NCBI GenBank assembly: GCA_964016885.1
Contig: OZ024752.1
Coordinates: forward strand, 9,672,001-9,736,000
Length of the DNA stretch: 64,000 nucleotides
Direction: 5' to 3'
From: Eledone cirrhosa
Taxonomy: Eukaryota
The notes under the pieces were generated by a model. That model worked only from the letters and a program-made list of their open reading frames with translations, did not search any database and had not been told where the DNA came from. Below are positions 1-13,383 of this stretch, piece after piece. How positions within the stretch are numbered: the first letter of the stretch is position 1; every line of letters begins with the position of its first letter. The position numbers and the translations under genes were made by a program.

Positions 1-24
1 TTACTCCTTCATTACGTTTATTGG

Positions 25-100
25 TTGGTGACGCGCGTTTCGCCACTGATCAGCTCAAGGTTCGATCTGTATCAATCTGACCCGACTCTGTAATGTCAAG
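25..100 (-). ncRNA. Partial hammerhead motif (family C): GAAAC-GCGC-GTC half plus domain II, core lost
   Basis: Minus strand reads GGCGAAACGCGCGTCACC (palindromic stem III ACGCGCGT, GUC). Positions 48-100 are homologous to 54934-54989. Confidence 0.55.
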
Positions 101-480
101 TTAATGTTGATTCTCCAAATTGAGCACAGGATATGCAGCGGCTAGTATGTACTTGGTGTTGGTCCTAAGCAGAGTTTAATAGAGATAATAAGTAGGTACT
201 AAGTCTTTAGAATATAAATTCAAAATGGAGCATACAGGACAAAGACACTGGAAAAAAATCAACTGAAAGTCCCATTTCCTCAGTCAACCTCTGGAAATCA
301 CTAAGGTTTCGGTGAAGTAATGTCGATAATCTTTGTTCCAGTTCACATTGGAACACAACGAAACAGACAAGTTATATACACATACACACGTCCACACACA
401 CACATACACACACACATATAGCTCGACATGACTCTCTCACTCTCTCTCTCACACACACAAATTCACAAATCAATCTCTTT

Positions 481-1169
<689 letters not shown>

Positions 1170-2961
1170 CGTGGGAGATAAAAGAGAATAAGATAGAATG
1201 AGAAGGAGGGAAAAAGAATTACTTCCTTTTAGATTCCACCAAACTGTATCGGATGAATCCAGTTGACATATAGTAGAAAATGACGAAAAACCTAATAAAT
1301 AGCTGACATAAATTAAAAGATAATTATCAGAGCAGACATTGTGACATGAAAGGTAGATGTAGAATGGATTGTGGGAATAGAGTCTAATGGCAGGATAACA
1401 GTTGGTTCTGGAGAGTGGTTAAGATGGGAAAACAAAACACATACGGGAGTGTGCTAACTGTTGAGTGACGAGTGGTAAGTTGTGATACGAGCTAGACAAA
1501 AGTGATTAGATGGAATTATACATTTAGAATGCTAAATATCTCAGATGCTTTCAGTAATAAATATTTAACTGTCCACAGAGACAAGGTATATAAATAGCGA
1601 TGACTTTGGACTTAAAATAGTCTGGACGTTTTCTTAGTTTCTATTCACAAACATACTGTTTATAGAATTACGATTTTTAGGTCTGTCTATCTAAATTATA
1701 ATAAAGTAAGGAATGCGGGACTGCGTACTGTTTATAATTGTTTATCCCATTAGTAAAATACGTTGGATTACTTTGAATAAATAATGAATGAATATTACAT
1801 AATTTATCTACTAAATTTCGTAGCTGTTGAGTAAATCTATTTTATTGTTTATTTAAAAATTCACTTCTTTAAAATTTTCAAATGTCAACACTTCCGGTTA
1901 ACGATCGCTTAAATAAACATTCATATATTTCCGTCACTAATTTTCTCCTAATGCAGTTTATATATAATATCGTCTTTCTTTAATGGATTACGTTACTGAT
2001 TACATAAGACAGTGTAATGCAGTTTACATTCAATTTCTGTGTATATTGTCAATTACGATTTTATTTAATGTATCATATCTACATGCATATATACTTGTGT
2101 ATAATATCAATATACACACTACACGTGCTAGCAGAAAACCACCCGAAGAGTGGCTTTTTCTGCTAGTTACTATAAATGTTGGGTAAAATCTATCGATATG
2201 CTCTGTAAATGAGCTTAGTAAAATCACACAGAATATTATAGTAAAGGCACAACATCGTACGGCGGAGAGTGTGATAGGTGGTAATTGGTTTAAAATTGTT
2301 GGAATACTGAACATCCTTTAACAACTGGAATAATGCTTTAGAGATACATCATGTGAATATGATGGGAATATCAAGGCATACATATGGCTATACTTTGAAA
2401 CTCTAGAAAGTCTTGCTGTATTATAAAGCTATCAGAACGGCTATAGAGAATGACGGAAGGTATCTCAACGTATTTACAATTATATTGAAAAAGAAAATGA
2501 AAATATATAATACAATAGTGGAATATTTCGTATTAAAATCATGGTCATAATCGTTCAACACATATAACTAGCAGAAATATATTATAGGAGAGAAAAAAAA
2601 AACCGAATCTATAGTATAAAATCCGATTTACAATTACGGACCCAGAAATTCTGCCTTTCAAACATTGTTTTGTGATGATCCCGATTTGATATCACGCTAA
2701 GAGGAATGTTGTCTGTTTTCCATTTCATTACATTTTGAAAGAATTATTATTTTCCTTCCAATAGAGAACCAAATGAAGTGCTTCTCAGGACACAGCATGT
2801 AATCTAAATCGCTTTGGGTTGTTTAGATATGGATTATGTAGGATTCATATTGTTGGCATGAAATTCCAATGTTTACAAATTCATATTATGTATTAAAACA
2901 TTATATTCACTCAATCACTGTACACACAAACACAAATACCCACACATCCAAACACAACCCC

Positions 2962-3009
<48 letters not shown>

Positions 3010-3311
3010 CACTGAGAATCGTATTTCGGCTGGTAGAAAAAGCAAAACGAAACGCAAAATCGTAGAAATGCTGGCAAGCGCTCAATAGTTAAAAACCAGA
3101 GTTAAACAATATGTTAAAACGCCATACAAACTGAAAAAGTGGTTAAGAAGGCATTAACCACCTAAGCCAAAAAACAAATCAAGCTAAACAGTCAAACAAA
3201 ATAAATATATATATATATACACGTAAACTCATTTCTGGAGATGTGTCGATTAAGAGACGGGATCCAATCGCATGTTCAACCCAGAGCTGATAGATATAGA
3301 AACAACTGAAA

Positions 3312-4202
3312 TCTCTCTATATAAAACTGAGGATGCCTGTCTCTCTGTGTGTGAGTTTGAATCCCTAAAACTCGAGAAACACCCAACCTACTGTTTTCAA
3401 ACTTTACACATGTAATACTTATGTTTCAGGGAGTGTTCTGAGCAAAGAAAATTTCAAACTTTCAATGCCCTAGGGACCGCATTAGGCGATTTACCGATCT
3501 CTCTCTATAATTCTTAGTCTTTCTCTTTTTAGATAGATACATACATATAACGTTGCGCCCTTATAATATCTGTCTGCATTACATTACTTCCTACAATTCG
3601 CTCTGCATCCAGACGCGTTCTTATAATATCTGTCTGTATGTCTGGCTGTCTGCTGCCTCCGGTTATTTTCCACCCTTGCTCAAGATAAATCTCACACTCA
3701 TTCCCCAAACATGGAAGGGGAAGCATACCTAATACTAACTGCATCAGAGTATTCGGTTTATTTTCTTTACATATAGTCCAGGCATGCAGTTTTCCCACGA
3801 TTAGGTATGTGGGCGGTCCACGTTAAGTTTCAGGAAGTGTTATGCACATAAACAATTCAACTTTTTGATCCCCTAGTGCCCGAATTAGGTGAAAAACCTA
3901 ATTTTTTCAGATTTTTAGGGCTTTCTCTAGGCGTTACGTCTAGCCGATTTTCCCGAAATTTCAAGGCATATTATGCACATAAAAAAAAATTCATTTTCTT
4001 GATCCCCTAGGGCCCGCATTAGGTGAAAACCTACATTCTTCCTGCTTAATCGAGAACAACCTTAAAGATTATCCAGCCATCAGCGTATTCGGTTTATTTT
4101 CTTTACATATTGTTGAGGCATGCAGTTTTTCCACGATTAGGTCTGTTGGCGGCCCGCATTCCAAAACACATTATCCCGTGCATCGCCGGATACCACTGCT
4201 AG
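3312..4202 (+). mobile_element. Non-autonomous Helitron
   Basis: A|TCTCTCTATATAAAA start; subterminal hairpin TATCCCG..CCGGATA (4172-4192); CTAG|T end; internal duplications; the 5' part matches 46820-47070 in reverse. Confidence 0.8.
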
Positions 4203-4380
4203 TATGACATAAAGTTTACAAAAAGCTGCAATTATTATTGTTACTTTATATACACTCTGCAAACGACAGCCACCTTCAATCTGGAGCACAACCTAACGAG
4301 AGACGGACCCAGTAACATCATCGGGTGCTTTCAACCACCGTCGCCTCTAATAACTACAAGTCACTCCCATAATCACACAT

Positions 4381-4429
<49 letters not shown>

Positions 4430-4435
<6 letters not shown>

Positions 4436-4595
4436 TAACAGATTAAAGTTTAATCAAAGAATCGCTGCTTTCACACTTAACGGGATCTTCTGAAACTGTT
4501 ATTTTAATAAATATTTGCTCTACGGTTCTTATATATTTGATATATATTTATCCTTATCAAGCTCTCTTTGGATTTTAGTCTTCAATTTTATTATT
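4430..4595. mobile_element. PLE-terminus fragment, family D, inverted arrangement between (TA)n tracts; degenerate HHR at 4447-4497 (minus)
   Basis: 4430-4497 matches 46612-46679 and 63522-63589; 4497-4590 is the reverse complement of 63440-63533. Confidence 0.75.
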
Positions 4596-5085
4596 ATATA
4601 TATATATATATTTAAAACAACAACGTACTGGAAATATATTGAAAATAACATTGAAAGAGATAGAAAGCTAAATAATGCAAAATGGACTGTAAAATGAAGT
4701 AACGAAAAGTAAAAGTTGCCTGGTAATCATTGTTTTGCTGTTGGTCTTTTATCTGTCCAATATTTCGGTACCTAAAAGTCTCTTTATCAGGGTTTAAGGA
4801 ACCTTCAGTGGATAACATTCCAATTTCTTCTCTTTGGGATAACATTTTGATTTTCATTTAGATTTTTTCTGAGTCGTTTTCAAGTGTTTTTCGATGGTTA
4901 CTTCGCTTTCCACGAGAATGACGTCAATTGCCAATATGTTGTAAATTTTAATCCCTTGAAATCACTATATATATATGTCAATGGCTCGGCTCCATCAGGC
5001 AATTATGATGCAAGGCAGTCTCATCAGGAAACCTCGACAGAATTACAAAACCAGGGTTACGTAGAACCCATACTCATCATTGTAA

Positions 5086-5323
5086 ATGCGCATGGATTAG
5101 TGGTTAGAGCATTGGGCTTGCAATCGAAAAGTTGTGAGTTCAATTCTCGGACCGGATGATGTGTTGTTTCATTGAGCAAGGCACTTTATTTCACGTTACT
5201 CCAGTTTACTAAGCTGTAGAAATGAGATGATAGGACCGGGGTCCCTATCATTAAATCACCCAAGATACCTCCAACGAGATATACCTTGGAGGAGGCCAGC
5301 TAAACCTTCACATGTCTGAGCTG

Positions 5324-5385
<62 letters not shown>
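5086..5385 (+). mobile_element. tRNA-derived CORE-like SINE (family 2) with (CA)n tail
   Basis: A box TGGATTAGTGG, B box GAGTTCAATTC, core TTGAGCAAGGCACTT..CCAGTTTACT..CTGTAGAAATGAG; near-identical to 59500-59740 and 62831-63075. Confidence 0.88.
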
Positions 5386-5389
<4 letters not shown>

Positions 5390-5457
5390 ATCGAAGTGGA
5401 AAATGGTATGTATATATAAATAAATATATATATATATATATATATACATACATACAT

Positions 5458-5609
5458 AGGAAAAGAGTCAGGACCCCGATGTCTGAGCTTCGGCCTTTTC
5501 GACAACAAGATCCGGACTGACTCTTTTCTTATTACCCGCTCTACTGCCTTAAGTATGTGTACTCTGGGGAGTTATGGTTCACCTGGTATCTTACCACACC
5601 CTCTTTGGT

Positions 5610-5612
<3 letters not shown>
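5458..5612. mobile_element. Diverged family A fold-back insert in (TA)n with degenerate HHR half
   Basis: AAAAGAGTCAG..CTGACTCTTTT inverted repeat; homologous to 13790-13950. Confidence 0.65.
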
Positions 5613-5645
<33 letters not shown>

Positions 5646-6047
5646 AGCACACAATTACACACAGGCACGCAAACACTCACTAACCAACAAATATACTTAT
5701 TAAAAATTGATAAGAATATTTTGTTCTGAAGATGTAACTCGTCTCTGAATGAAAGAATCGATGTTTCATCAGTCGGTTAAGTAATTCCGTAGGAGTTTCA
5801 GCCCCTTCCACTCCGGCGCGAGAGCCACTCGGGTCACCAACCGATAGGAGGGACGAAACTCCTACAAAACAGCTCAGAATTGGACGACTCTGATTTCATG
5901 ATTCCGATCGAGACGTCACTATCGACTTCATTGTGGCAGCAGCGCTATCCGTCTTCTCTCTGGAGCCAGATGCTGTGACCCACTTTTTCACCTGTCTCTG
6001 ATAATGTCCTCGAACATTTTACCTCTTCCGACAAATTCTCTGATATC

Positions 6048-6640
6048 TCACTCATCATCATCCGGCGGCCTCAGTTGAAATGGATAAACAATTGATCTCC
6101 AAGTGGGCCTGTCGTTCATTGCCGTTGCTAAGTTCTGGATTTCAATACCAGAATCTCTGCAGATGACATCGGGATAGGAGAGCTTCGGCCCCCTGGTATT
6201 AGTGACTGCTTGTGGTGTCCAAAGCACTGATGGGGACACAGCCTCATAGGTGGCACGATGGCAGTGGCCAGTAAATCGGGATAGGAGAGCTTGCACCCCC
6301 TGTTGTTAGTGACTGCTTGTGGTGTCCAAATATCTGATATCTAACTCAACAGGGAAATATGATGCTTCCACTCTGGTGGCTTGTTAGAGTTCAACCAGGT
6401 TACCGTATGTTGTGGACTTCTTGTCGAATGCATCATTGATGTTAGCAGTCTTTTAGACAATAAATTCTACCAGGTCTACTTCTTTTATTTCCTGTGGCTC
6501 GTCCTTCTTACAATGGCTGGTTTGGAGTGTTCTCCTTTGCTAAACACCATTCGGCTATTCTTCACCACAGAAATCGAACGCACAAAACATGTTATAAAGA
6601 TGTTCCCTTCACGACATTACAGGATTTTATTTGGGAAGAC
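6048..6640 (-). mobile_element. 3' fragment of an RTE-clade LINE with a GATGATGA tail
   Basis: Translation RFTGHCHR..RGPKLSYPDVICRD..AMNDRPTWRSIV resembles the RTE RT C-terminus; internal duplication 6167-6230 / 6277-6340. Confidence 0.7.
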
Positions 6641-7001
6641 GTCTTGAGACGATTGTTTCTTAGAAAGGCAATATTGAGTAGGTACATGAAGGAGAACGCC
6701 GTCTACGACTTATGAGACACGAAGGTGGTAGTTTACGGCACTCCCAGCTTAAGAAAGATAACGAGGGATTAATGATTTTGTCATGGAAGCAAAATATATT
6801 TCTTTATGGATACAGAAGTAACACGAAGGAGAAAGAGAAACGCAGAGAAAAAGATCGAATTCTAAACGATTACTTAAAGGAAAGTATCTGCAGTGACCAT
6901 GCCAGACAAAATATATTGCAACATTAACCAACTTTTGTGCGTATTCCCAGTTCGAACACATGAATGCATTAAAATAAATTTAAGTAATTGTTTTCTACTT
7001 C

Positions 7002-8197
7002 TATAGGTTGACTGAAATCTTTGAGGGCACATCTTTTAATAATTCTAATGTTTTTAGAATTTGTTCTGGTCATCAAATCTCTACAGATAAACAACGTCAG
7101 ACATAGTTCTAACTCAGCAAATGAAACGCCATGCTGTAAACATTACTTTAAAGGCAGAACAGGATGCATTAGAGATTGCTCGCCTCCTGAACATTACATG
7201 GTTGTATATTACCAAAGTTTACAAAGAGCTGGAAGATAATGACAGCGATTCCACAGAAATTGCCAAATATAAAATGCCTTCTAAGGGTCCTATTGAATCA
7301 GAATACCCACATTTGTACGAAGGATGATTATAATTACCGATAAACACCCCAGTACGTCAATTATCACCATTGCTAAGGAGCATAGGGTTCAACACACTGT
7401 AGGAGGAATTGTGCAACAGAACTTTGGATACAAGTTATATGTAAGGCGGAGGGGCCAATTCAGGTCTACAAACAGAGAGGAGAACTATCTGATCCGCGTA
7501 AAGAACTTGTTCAGCAAGTTGAAACATCAAGAGTCTAGGATAGTTTCGTTTTTCTTGGAAGAGAAATACTTTGTTCAGTACCAAAGGGCCAACCGAAGGA
7601 ATAACAGATGCAGAAACTTTAAATATGTTCCAACATGTCATTCATATAAAGTTTCCGGCAACCTTGATGACCCTGTGAGACGTGAGCAGCAGGAGAGATG
7701 TTTTGCCTCCTCACAACTTTACTTAGGGATTATGGTGAATACTACTGACTATACGGGGTTGTAGAGGATTGTGAAGCTTTGGATACAGATTGTGAACCTA
7801 GAAAAATCGAACTTCTACCAATAGGATTGATTCTGCGCTCTACCTTAAGGCTAAGACGATCAATGAATGATTGATTTACAATCTCTACGATCACGTCACC
7901 CCAAACATATGGCCTCCTAGTTCTCCAGACCTGAATGCTTTGGACTATTATGTATGGGGTGTAGTCGAGTGGAAAGTCAATCAACACCCCTATAGCACTA
8001 TAAAAGTCCATAACCAACACAATGCCCCAAAATAGATAAAAATCATCTGATATGAGTGTGCCAGCGTTTCAGATCTCGTATTTAGGCAGTCATCAATGCT
8101 AACAGCGGATTCATTAAGTAAATGTGTCTATAAAGGTATTCTATCATGATTTAAGCTTCTTTATCTAAATCCATACACATATCTACTGAGCAACCCC

Positions 8198-8200
<3 letters not shown>
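7002..8200 (+). pseudogene. Decayed Tc1/mariner-superfamily transposon (transposase with frameshifts and stops)
   Basis: N-terminal HTH-like MKRHAV..EIARLLNIT (7121); WPPSSPDLNALDYYVWG motif at about 7910; imperfect TIRs TATAGGTTGACTGA / CTGAGCAACCCCATA. Confidence 0.85.
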
Positions 8201-8257
<57 letters not shown>

Positions 8258-8313
8258 GGTAATTCCGAAGAAAAAGCAAAGGAAAAAAGAGTGCTCTATG
8301 TATAGAACAGAGC

Positions 8314-8568
8314 TATTTAATTAGAAAATGAACAACACAAAATATAACCACTCCATTACAAAAGGTTTCTGGATCACAGACAATAATAATACACCTCTGG
8401 ATCGGACGTCAGACAGAGATGTTATCTCTGTCAAAACATCTGTGATAACATCTCTGCTAACATCTCTATCTGACGATCGATCCAGACGTATATTATTATT
8501 GTCTGGGATCCAGAAACCTTTGGTAATGGAGTAGTTATATTTTGTGTTGTTCACTTTCTAATTAAATA
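8314..8568. mobile_element. Fold-back element family E (about 110-bp inverted arms)
   Basis: Arms 8314-8425 and 8458-8568 are reverse complements, which explains the two near-identical opposite-strand ORFs. Confidence 0.85.
8464..8531 (+). ncRNA. Type I hammerhead ribozyme (family E), predicted cleavage after GUA at 8525
   Basis: CTCTAT-CTGACGA-stem II (GATCC/GGATC, AGAC/GTCT)-GAAA-CC TTT GG-TA-ATGGAG. Confidence 0.82.
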
Positions 8569-10302
8569 TTTATATATACAATAAAAATAATCTTTTCTTA
8601 TTATTGTCCTTAAAACATTTAATCTACTGAATAAAGCACCCTTTAGAGAACTGACATGTTAGTTGTCGGTTTTCCGTCCGGCACTGTTGTAAATCATAAA
8701 AAAATGTCCAACGACACTCAACCTACATTAGACCGCTTCTTGAGGTTTCAGAAAGACATTGTTATTTAGCAAAATATATTACCCACAGTATTGATGTGCA
8801 TTTGCCGATCATAAAAAAACAATCCTGAGAAAAGAGCGAATGAATCTGAATACACCAAAGATATTTCACGATATATCGAAAACAAAATCCCAGTCCTATA
8901 TTGCTTAGATCAAATAACGATAGTGAAAATACACCATATTATTAGGCAATGCTGTTATTTTAAAGTATTAACTTTCTCCTTCTAAACGCCATGAAACTAA
9001 AGATATAGCTCTAGAAATTAGGAATCCATTTGGGCTTTGATACGTTCCATAGCTTCGATTATCAAATATATTGTTTATTACATTATAATCGTTTCGATAG
9101 AATTCTATTAAGAATATGAAAGGCATTGGAAAACATCAATATAAATAAATATAAGTAATCTATAATTCTTACGGATAAACTAACGCAATGTGTAATGTAA
9201 TTTTGAGTACCCAAAGGAAAGGTGTTATTCATCTTCAAAATGAAACTTAATCTATTTTTGCTCAAAATAGATGAAGGCGATTGATATGCTGTTCACAACC
9301 TGCAAAATAATTATGTAATATTTTTTTTCCTCGTAAAGCATTTAGTATCATTGTGTAAAGAGATTGTTTCATACGATATAATCGATTTACCAACATATAG
9401 TTACATGTTCCATCTCGATAAACAAATTACCCCAGTGCTTTAAAGACAGCTAAAGTTTTTTTCCTGAGCTTAATTTTGATTTTCTTCTCTGTGTAGGTAA
9501 ATTCACTTCACTGGAGGTAGATTTTCACTTGATGAGTTTAACATTGAATATAAAATTAAATATCTATCTAATAAAAAACAATAAACTCGCCAACAGAAAA
9601 GATTAGATCCAAATTACAATTTCTTACTTTTTGTTTGAATTCGAAACAAATTATAATATTAGCAATTCTATTCATTTTGGAAAGCTAAATAAATGCTCGT
9701 AGAGGCAAACGAAATCCAATATCTAAGCTTCTATTATCATGCAATCCAATATCTAAGCTTCTATTATCTCCTTGCAGTCATCTTTGAATTCGATAAAATA
9801 TTTTCTATTAATAAATTATAGATATTTAGATATATTCTTGTATATTTGGATACCCGGGGATAGATATTAGCTACACCTATGAATGCCATTAGGGTGTAGG
9901 TGTGGATATAAACATAGGCATGGATATTTCTACATCTCTTCGTCTTCTTCCCATGATTGATCTCATTATCCTCAAAGTGCTCTAATTATACAATGACACT
10001 ACTCATTCATTATTTCTAATTATGTGATTCCACATCTTTTCGAATCAAAAGAAATAAAAGAAACAGAAAAGAGGGTGAAACATTGGACTGTTAATAGAAT
10101 TCATACGAGTTTAATGACTTCAGATTATGAAAGATCAAGTCAATGTAATTTAACACTCGGATGCTAAAATTTGACAACGTCATTACTCTCAGGTTCCTAG
10201 CGATAATGAATTTGTAATATTTTAAGTAGTTACACAGAAAATAAAATGAAGAATTCCATAAATAACCTAATGCTTTTTTGAAGGTATTTGTATGTGTGAG
10301 AT

Positions 10303-10492
10303 ACAGAGAGAAGGAGAGAGAGGGAGAGAAAGAAAGAGAGAGAGAGAAAGAAAGAGAGAGCGATAAAGAGAGAAAGGGAAAGAGAGAGCGATAAAGAGAG
10401 AAAGGGAAAGAGAGAGAGAAAGTGTGAGAAAGAGAAATAGATAGAAAGAAAGAGAGAGAGAGAGACAATTAAAGAGAGAGAGAGAGACAAAT

Positions 10493-10545
<53 letters not shown>

Positions 10546-10600
10546 GAGAGAAAGAGAAACTGAAAGAGAGAAATAAGGGGAAATTGGAAGTGAAAGAAAT
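10303..10600. repeat. (GA)n / purine-rich low-complexity tract
   Basis: Seen directly. Confidence 0.95.
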
Positions 10601-11246
10601 AAAAGAGATTTTCAATAGACATAATGGTGAAATGAAATTGATATGTTCTCATTGATAATGGTTAACATTTAGTAACTGATAGGCGGCCATGGTTCATGAA
10701 ATAGCTTTGGAGTAGCAGAGAATAGAATTCTTCACCCCCTCTTCTGCAAAGCGATCTGGGAGGAATCTTCTAATTGATGAAACATCTCTTTTAAATCAAT
10801 TATTGTGGATAATGGAAAAAAGATAAGGAGAAAGAGTTGAAGCTAATATGATGCTAAATGTTGTAGAGTTTATCGCTTTGGTCTTAGGGAAAAGGACTAC
10901 TTGAATAGTGCTTCCATAGAAATTATAGTTGACAGTTACTTCTTCAAATGGTCTTATAAAGACAATTTAGATGACAGGAATTCGAATAAAACGACAGTGA
11001 CATTTTGAATGAAAAGTTCTTTAAAATATTTTCTGTGGATCACGGATTTCGTGTTGAACCAATAGGAATGACACAAAATCGATTCGTAAAATAAGAAATA
11101 TTTCAATGATTATAATTAAATACTGTTTTCTCTGATACATATTCACCCACAAAGGTGTTGAAAGTGAAGCGTATAATATAACACATTCACACACACACAC
11201 ATACATACACACACACATATAAATAATTACAACGGGTGACAAAAAA

Positions 11247-11294
11247 CAGGTACTCAAGTTTCGTTGGGTTCAAGACCCCAATTTCTTCAGCCTG
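11247..11294 (-). ncRNA. Type I hammerhead ribozyme (family J), GUA site
   Basis: Minus strand: CAGG-CTGAAGA-AA TTGGG..CCCAA C-GAAA-CTTGAG-TA-CCTG. Confidence 0.82.
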
Positions 11295-11379
11295 GCATTA
11301 GAAAAATAAAAAACAAAGATGATCGCCTATGGTTGCTTGTGCTTTCCCTATGAGGATACACACACACACACACACATAC

Positions 11380-11419
<40 letters not shown>

Positions 11420-11425
<6 letters not shown>

Positions 11426-11835
11426 TGTTATATTTGGGGAGGGTCATTGTTATAATATTGTTAGAAATAATAAAAAAACACACTCAGTTTGGTCTGGATT
11501 GGTTTTCGCTTCTGTATCTTTTATATCTCCAAAGTTAATTTATCATTCAATCAATGTTTATCATTGATTGACCAACGGTTAAAAATACAGATGTAAATAT
11601 ATACATAGACTATCAAAGTTCTTTCGTCACACATCTGTGACATCATCAGTGGTACTATTATGTTTTCTACCGTTGTATTGTAATGTCCATCCAATTTTTA
11701 TTTAATTTATTTATTCATTCTTGTCTCTGTCTCGCATGCGTTTGCGTTTTATCTTTGGTGTATGTTTCGTGTTTGAGTCTATGTGTGTTGGTATTCTACC
11801 TTTGTTCAGTACTGTGTGTGTATGTTGTTATTGCA
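11420..11835 (-). mobile_element. PLE 3' terminus (family F) between (TA)n tracts, HHR motif at about 11605-11655
   Basis: Homologous to 48783-49200; minus strand TACCA-CTGATGA-T GTCACA/TGTGAC-GAAA-GAACT-T-TGATA. Confidence 0.8.
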
Positions 11836-11859
11836 CTTGTATATATATATATATATATA

Positions 11860-12041
11860 ACTGTTTCTACTTTTGGCACAAGGCCAGCAATTAACCAGTA
11901 CATGACTGGTACTTTATTTTATCGACCTCGTAAGGATGAAAGGCAAAGTTAACCTCGGTGGGATTTGAACTCAGATCGTAAAGGGACGTATATGCTAGAA
12001 AGCATGTCCGACCCTCTACCGATACTGCCAATTCACTGCCC
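11860..12041 (-). mobile_element. tRNA-derived SINE family 1
   Basis: B box GAGTTCAAATCC, central GCCTTTCATCCTTACG(G/A)GGTCGATAAAATAAAGTACCAG, tail GGCCTTGTGCCAAAAGTAGAAAC. Confidence 0.9.
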
Positions 12042-12062
12042 TATATATATATATATATATAT

Positions 12063-12610
12063 AACAAAGGAAGTGTGGTAAGGAACCAGATGGACCATAA
12101 CGCACCAGAGTACTCAATACTGAGGGTAGTATAGTGTGTAATAGGAAACTGTTTAACCCCGACGGTAGAGCTCAAGCCGTTTCGACGGCTATTTCTAGAC
12201 TAAATTAAAATGTTTAGCGTGGTAAATAAATAGCCGAACTTTTCTAGGGGTAATTCTTTATATGGGAAGATTGCAGTTGTCAAAAGGATTGGTCAAAATT
12301 TATTTGTAAACACGATTAAATCTTTCATGGCAGTGGGTGGGAGGTAGGGTGGCTGAACTTGCCTGTAGAACAATGAGGGACTGGGTGGAGTCGTTCAACC
12401 GTTGAAAGTGAATTCTATGTAGCAAATTCTAAGGATTGTGTATAGGCTAGATAGGAAGCAGGCGAAAAAAGGATTCTGGAGAAACTAGAGAGAGGACGTT
12501 ATAGATTAGGTTAATAAAATGAGATTAGAAGATAATAATAAAAAAAAAAATATATAAACATTTTCTCCAGAATCCTTTTTCGCCTGCTTTCCATCACAGA
12601 TACATAGATC
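12063..12610 (-). mobile_element. Longest family A insert (probable PLE 3' end) between TA/CA tracts
   Basis: 12063-12230 matches 54529-54690 and the other family A copies. Confidence 0.75.
12155..12252 (-). ncRNA. Hammerhead motif with variant core U3-A4-G5-A6-A7-A8-A9 (family A), GUC site
   Basis: Minus strand: ACCCC-TAGAAAA-G TT CGGCTATTT..AAATAGCCG T C-GAAA-CGG..GAGCTC..CCG-TC-GGGGT. Confidence 0.68.
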
Positions 12611-12621
12611 CACACACACAC

Positions 12622-12671
<50 letters not shown>

Positions 12672-12676
<5 letters not shown>

Positions 12677-12970
12677 GACTGAATTAAAATGGCGTAGCCA
12701 TACAATTCAACAGGAGGAAACAATAGCACCACTGACGATGTTGCAGATGTGCAACGTAAGATTTATGATAAATTATATATATGTGTTTGTGTCTATATTG
12801 TATCTGTATTATTTTTGACCGTCGGTCAGTCAATGGCAACATTGAGGACCGAGTATATTAGATTATCGATATAAAAGACACAGAAGCGAAAAGCGAAAAC
12901 CAACCAAACAGTGAGTGTGTTCTGTTATTAATTCTGGCAATATTACACAAATATGACCCTCCCCAAGTAT

Positions 12971-12977
<7 letters not shown>
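12672..12977 (+). mobile_element. PLE 3' terminus (family F) with mutated HHR (GAAA>GTAA) at about 12726-12770
   Basis: Reverse complement of 48785-49085; flanked by (TA)n on both sides. Confidence 0.8.
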
Positions 12978-13011
<34 letters not shown>

Positions 13012-13260
13012 AAAATGAACGGCGATGATAGCTAATAAGCTAAAAACTAGTTCATCGTTCCTTTGTCAGTGTTGAACAAAAGGGTAACGATGGTTGCGAA
13101 CACTGTACGGCTTAATTCGGGCTGTTTGTTCACAAACAAACCGAACATTATAATAAATGTTCGGTAAACCCATACGTACATATATATATGTGTGCATGTA
13201 TGTATATATATACTACTGTACGTCTGTATACATATATGTATGTACGCATACATACTCACA

Positions 13261-13302
<42 letters not shown>

Positions 13303-13307
13303 CACAC

Positions 13308-13345
<38 letters not shown>

Positions 13346-13348
13346 CAT

Positions 13349-13383
<35 letters not shown>

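Noticed and set aside
5086-5160. tRNA genes (heads of both SINE families)
   Set aside because: A/B boxes continue directly into SINE bodies; many diverged copies and no consistent cloverleaf.
5720-5870. CTGAAGA..GAAA at 5726-5754 and hairpin GTAGGAGTTTC/GAAACTCCTAC (5788-5865)
   Set aside because: Stems I and III pair poorly for the first; the second has no CUGANGA core, so it is only a simple inverted repeat.
9252-9312. Possible minus-strand exon after a TTTTGCAG acceptor (VVNSISIAFIYFEQK*)
   Set aside because: Very short, with no partner exons or recognisable homology; would need RNA-seq.
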